Shown here piece by piece: positions 61,794 through 64,000 of a stretch of DNA of 64,000 nucleotides. The stretch is from assembly GCA_021161905.1 (NCBI GenBank), contig JAGGZT010000012.1, positions 17,675 through 81,674 of the forward strand, given 5' to 3'. Positions within the stretch are counted from its first letter, which is position 1, and every line of letters starts with the position of its first letter. The notes beneath the pieces were generated by a model. That model had not been told where the DNA came from and did not search any database. It worked only from the letters and a program-made list of their open reading frames with translations. The position numbers were made by a program, and so were the translations under genes. This stretch comes from Acidobacteriota bacterium. Its GTDB lineage: Bacteria > Acidobacteriota > B3-B38 > Guanabaribacteriales > JAGGZT01.

Positions 61794-62189
61794 CTACCAC
61801 ACCTCACAGAGAACTTCCCCTCCTACCCCCTTCTTCCGCGCTTCAGCATCGGTAAGGATCCCTTTGGAGGTAGAAAGGATGGCAATGCCCAACCCGTTCA
61901 GTACCCTGGGGACCTCCTCCTTCCCACAATAGACCCTTCGCCCCGGTTTACTCACCCGCTTGAGACCGGTAATAGCCGGTTCCCCTTCCGGGGTATATTT
62001 GAGCCTGAGGGTCAGAATACCCTGCTTTCCGTCATCCTCAAACCGGAAGTTCTCCACATAACCCTCTTCCTTCAAAATCCTCGCTATCTCGAGCTTCATC
62101 TTGGAAGAGGGGAGGGATACCTCCTCCTTCTTCGCCATAAGTGCGTTTCTGATCCGGGTCAGCATATCAGCAATGGGATCGGTCATCAT
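61794..62189 (-). CDS. rpsH: 30S ribosomal protein S8
   Basis: [29 protein letters not shown]. Confidence 0.98.
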   Translation of the reverse strand: MMTDPIADMLTRIRNALMAKKEEVSLPSSKMKLEIARILKEEGYVENFRFEDDGKQGILTLRLKYTPEGEPAITGLKRVSKPGRRVYCGKEEVPRVLNGLGIAILSTSKGILTDAEARKKGVGGEVLCEVW

Positions 62190-62218
62190 CTTTCCGCTAC
62201 TCCTTTCCTAATTAAAAA

Positions 62219-62404
62219 CTACCAGCTCGACTTTATCACTCCAGGTACCTCCCCCCTTAAGGCGAGGCTTCTGAAGCAAATACGGCAAATGCCAAACTTC
62301 CTCAGATATCCACGGGGCCTACCGCATAGCCTACACCGATTCCGCTGCCTCACCTTGAACTTTGGGGGACGCTTAGCTTTCTCAATTAACGCCTTTCTCG
62401 CCAC
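62219..62404 (-). CDS. rpsN: 30S ribosomal protein S14, zinc-binding short form
   Basis: 61 aa, RCRLCGRPR...CRICFR...PGV.KSSW. Confidence 0.97.
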   Translation of the reverse strand: MARKALIEKAKRPPKFKVRQRNRCRLCGRPRGYLRKFGICRICFRSLALRGEVPGVIKSSW

Positions 62405-62418
62405 CTTCTTATAACCTC

Positions 62419-62982
62419 CTATCTTCTCCTGAAGGGGAAGCCAAGGAGCTCAAGGAGCCTTCTTGCCTCTTCGTCAGTATTAGCGGTGGTGCATATGGTC
62501 ACATTCATCCCCTTTATCTTCACTATCTTGGAGTAATCGACCTCAGGAAAGATCGACTGGTCCCTAAGACCTAAGGTATAATTGCCCCTCCCATCAAAAG
62601 AACGGGTGGGAAGACCCCTAAAGTCGCGCACCCTGGGGAGAGCGATATTGACCAGCCGATCGAAGAATTCCCACATCCGTGTCCCCCTGATGGTCACGGT
62701 GCAACCCACTGGTTGCCCTGCCCGTAATTTGAAGGCAGCGATCGACTTCTTCGCCCGCCTTATGGCAGGACGCTGTCCCGTGATCAACGCCAGATCGTTC
62801 ATCACCCCATCAAGGATACGAATGTCCTGCGTCGCCTCACCTACCCCCATATTGACCACAATCTTCTCCAACCGAGGCACAGCCAGCTTGTTCTTATAGC
62901 CAAACTCCTTCATCAACTTGGGGACTATCTCCTTTTCATAAAGCTCCTTCAATCTCGGTATTATCTTCGCCTTGGCTATCAT
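62419..62982 (-). CDS. rplE: 50S ribosomal protein L5
   Basis: [29 protein letters not shown]. Confidence 0.98.
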   Translation of the reverse strand: MIAKAKIIPRLKELYEKEIVPKLMKEFGYKNKLAVPRLEKIVVNMGVGEATQDIRILDGVMNDLALITGQRPAIRRAKKSIAAFKLRAGQPVGCTVTIRGTRMWEFFDRLVNIALPRVRDFRGLPTRSFDGRGNYTLGLRDQSIFPEVDYSKIVKIKGMNVTICTTANTDEEARRLLELLGFPFRRR

Positions 62983-63314
62983 CTATCCAACACCCCTTGG
63001 CATTTCTTGCACACCCGAACCTTCTTCCCGTCCTCGAGAAAGATATGACCTACCCGGGTGGGCTCACCACACTCGGGACAGATAACCATCAGGTTGGAGA
63101 TATGAATCGGAGCCTCTCGCTCCACTATTCCACCTTTTATGTTCTTCTGAGGATTGGCTCGGGTATGACGCTTGACCATATTTACCTTCTCAACAAGCGC
63201 TCTCTCCCGCTTGGGAAAGACACGGAGCACCTTCCCTTGCTTCCCCCGATCCTTTCCCTGAATAACGAGCACTATATCGTTCTTCTTGATAGAGACCTTA
63301 GCCATCTCCACCAT
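62979..63314 (-). CDS. rplX: 50S ribosomal protein L24
   Basis: [21 protein letters not shown]. Confidence 0.97.
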   Translation of the reverse strand: MVEMAKVSIKKNDIVLVIQGKDRGKQGKVLRVFPKRERALVEKVNMVKRHTRANPQKNIKGGIVEREAPIHISNLMVICPECGEPTRVGHIFLEDGKKVRVCKKCQGVLDR

Positions 63315-63319
63315 ACCTC

Positions 63320-63688
63320 CTATAACACCTCGGGGGCTAAGGAAACGATCTTGGTGAACTTCTTCTCCCTGAGCTCACGAGCTACCGGTCCGAAAACACG
63401 AGTTCCCAAGGGCTCCCCATACTTGTTTATAAGCACCGCAGCATTCTGGTCAAACCTAATATAGGTCCCGTCCTTCCTCCTCACCTCTTTCTTCGTCCTC
63501 ACGATCACCGCTCGTACAACCTGACCTTTCTTTATGTTGGAGTTCGGCACTGCCTCCTTTACCGAAGCGGTTATCACATCTCCTACCGTAGCGGTCCTTC
63601 CTACCCCAGAACCCACCGGAAGGATACAGGCGATCCTCTTCGCCCCCGAGTTATCAGCCACCTCCAAGATCGTCCGCATCTGAATCAT
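63320..63688 (-). CDS. rplN: 50S ribosomal protein L14
   Basis: [36 protein letters not shown]. Confidence 0.98.
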   Translation of the reverse strand: MIQMRTILEVADNSGAKRIACILPVGSGVGRTATVGDVITASVKEAVPNSNIKKGQVVRAVIVRTKKEVRRKDGTYIRFDQNAAVLINKYGEPLGTRVFGPVARELREKKFTKIVSLAPEVL

Positions 63689-63691
63689 CGA

Positions 63692-63994
63692 TCATCCCTC
63701 CTTCTCTTCAGGAACCAAATCCGTCTCCTCACCGGGAGAAAATCTCTCGCCGCCTCTCATCAATATTTTCTTCACCACCCAGCGCTTATGCCGACTTAAT
63801 GGTCTTGTTTCCTCGATGAGGACGACATCCCCTTCCTGACATCTATTTCCCTCATCGTGAGCCATAAACCTCCTGATCTTCCGCATCGTCCTCTTATAGA
63901 GGGGATGCTGAACCAAGGTGTCCACGCGAACTACCACCGTCTTATCCATCTTGGAGCTGATGACGGTGCCCGTTCTCGTCTGCCTCCTCCTCAT
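63692..63994 (-). CDS. rpsQ: 30S ribosomal protein S17 (true start may lie at or beyond the window edge)
   Basis: [25 protein letters not shown]. Confidence 0.95.
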   Translation of the reverse strand: MRRRQTRTGTVISSKMDKTVVVRVDTLVQHPLYKRTMRKIRRFMAHDEGNRCQEGDVVLIEETRPLSRHKRWVVKKILMRGGERFSPGEETDLVPEEKEG

Positions 63995-64000
63995 AATAAT

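Noticed and set aside
61653-62414. Plus-strand 253-aa ORF
   Set aside because: Antisense to rplF, rpsH and rpsN
1-64000. tRNA, rRNA, CRISPR array, introns/inteins, programmed frameshifts, selenocysteine read-through
   Set aside because: Intergenic gaps are short, with no cloverleaf or spaced repeats; recognised proteins have normal lengths and intact frames. Judged by eye only.

Overview
This 64-kb window is core bacterial chromosome with about 72 protein genes, mostly on the minus strand. I found no tRNA, rRNA, CRISPR array or mobile element. Reading right to left it holds: (1) the spc/alpha ribosomal-protein superoperon (rpsQ to rplQ, with secY, adk, infA, an untracked rpmJ and rpoA, but no map), converging on an EF-G paralogue; (2) rluD, an Ala/Gly:Na+ symporter and ileS-lspA-lgt; (3) a VanZ-like gene with deoB-pdp-dgt; (4) tlpA-ccdA, a class V aminotransferase and a GT87-like glycosyltransferase; (5) lipoprotein-ruvX-mltG-unknown 459-aa protein-uvrB-uvrC; (6) a lower-GC plus-strand cassette of one small ORF and two outer-membrane beta-barrel genes; (7) S2P protease-trpS-scpA-scpB-rluB-hisC-cmk-rpsA-ihfB-HIT-trxA; (8) yceD-rpmF-plsX-fabH-fabD-fabG-acpP-fabF running directly into etfB-etfA; (9) lysS-lolC/E-lolD-clpC-bamA-skp-lpxD-fabZ-lpxA (partial). 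The host is a diderm. From recalled signatures (SecY C-terminal insertion, RpoA and uL14 N-termini) it is probably Acidobacteriota, and Lys/Glu-rich proteins suggest a possible thermophile; both points are inference. The best leads are ETF genes appended to a fatty-acid synthesis operon that lacks an enoyl reductase, a long structured rpsA leader, the low-GC beta-barrel cassette, the unknown helical protein overlapping mltG, and a VanZ-extension protein behind a palindromic, apparently leaderless promoter. No database searches were run; all calls rest on motif recognition and gene context.
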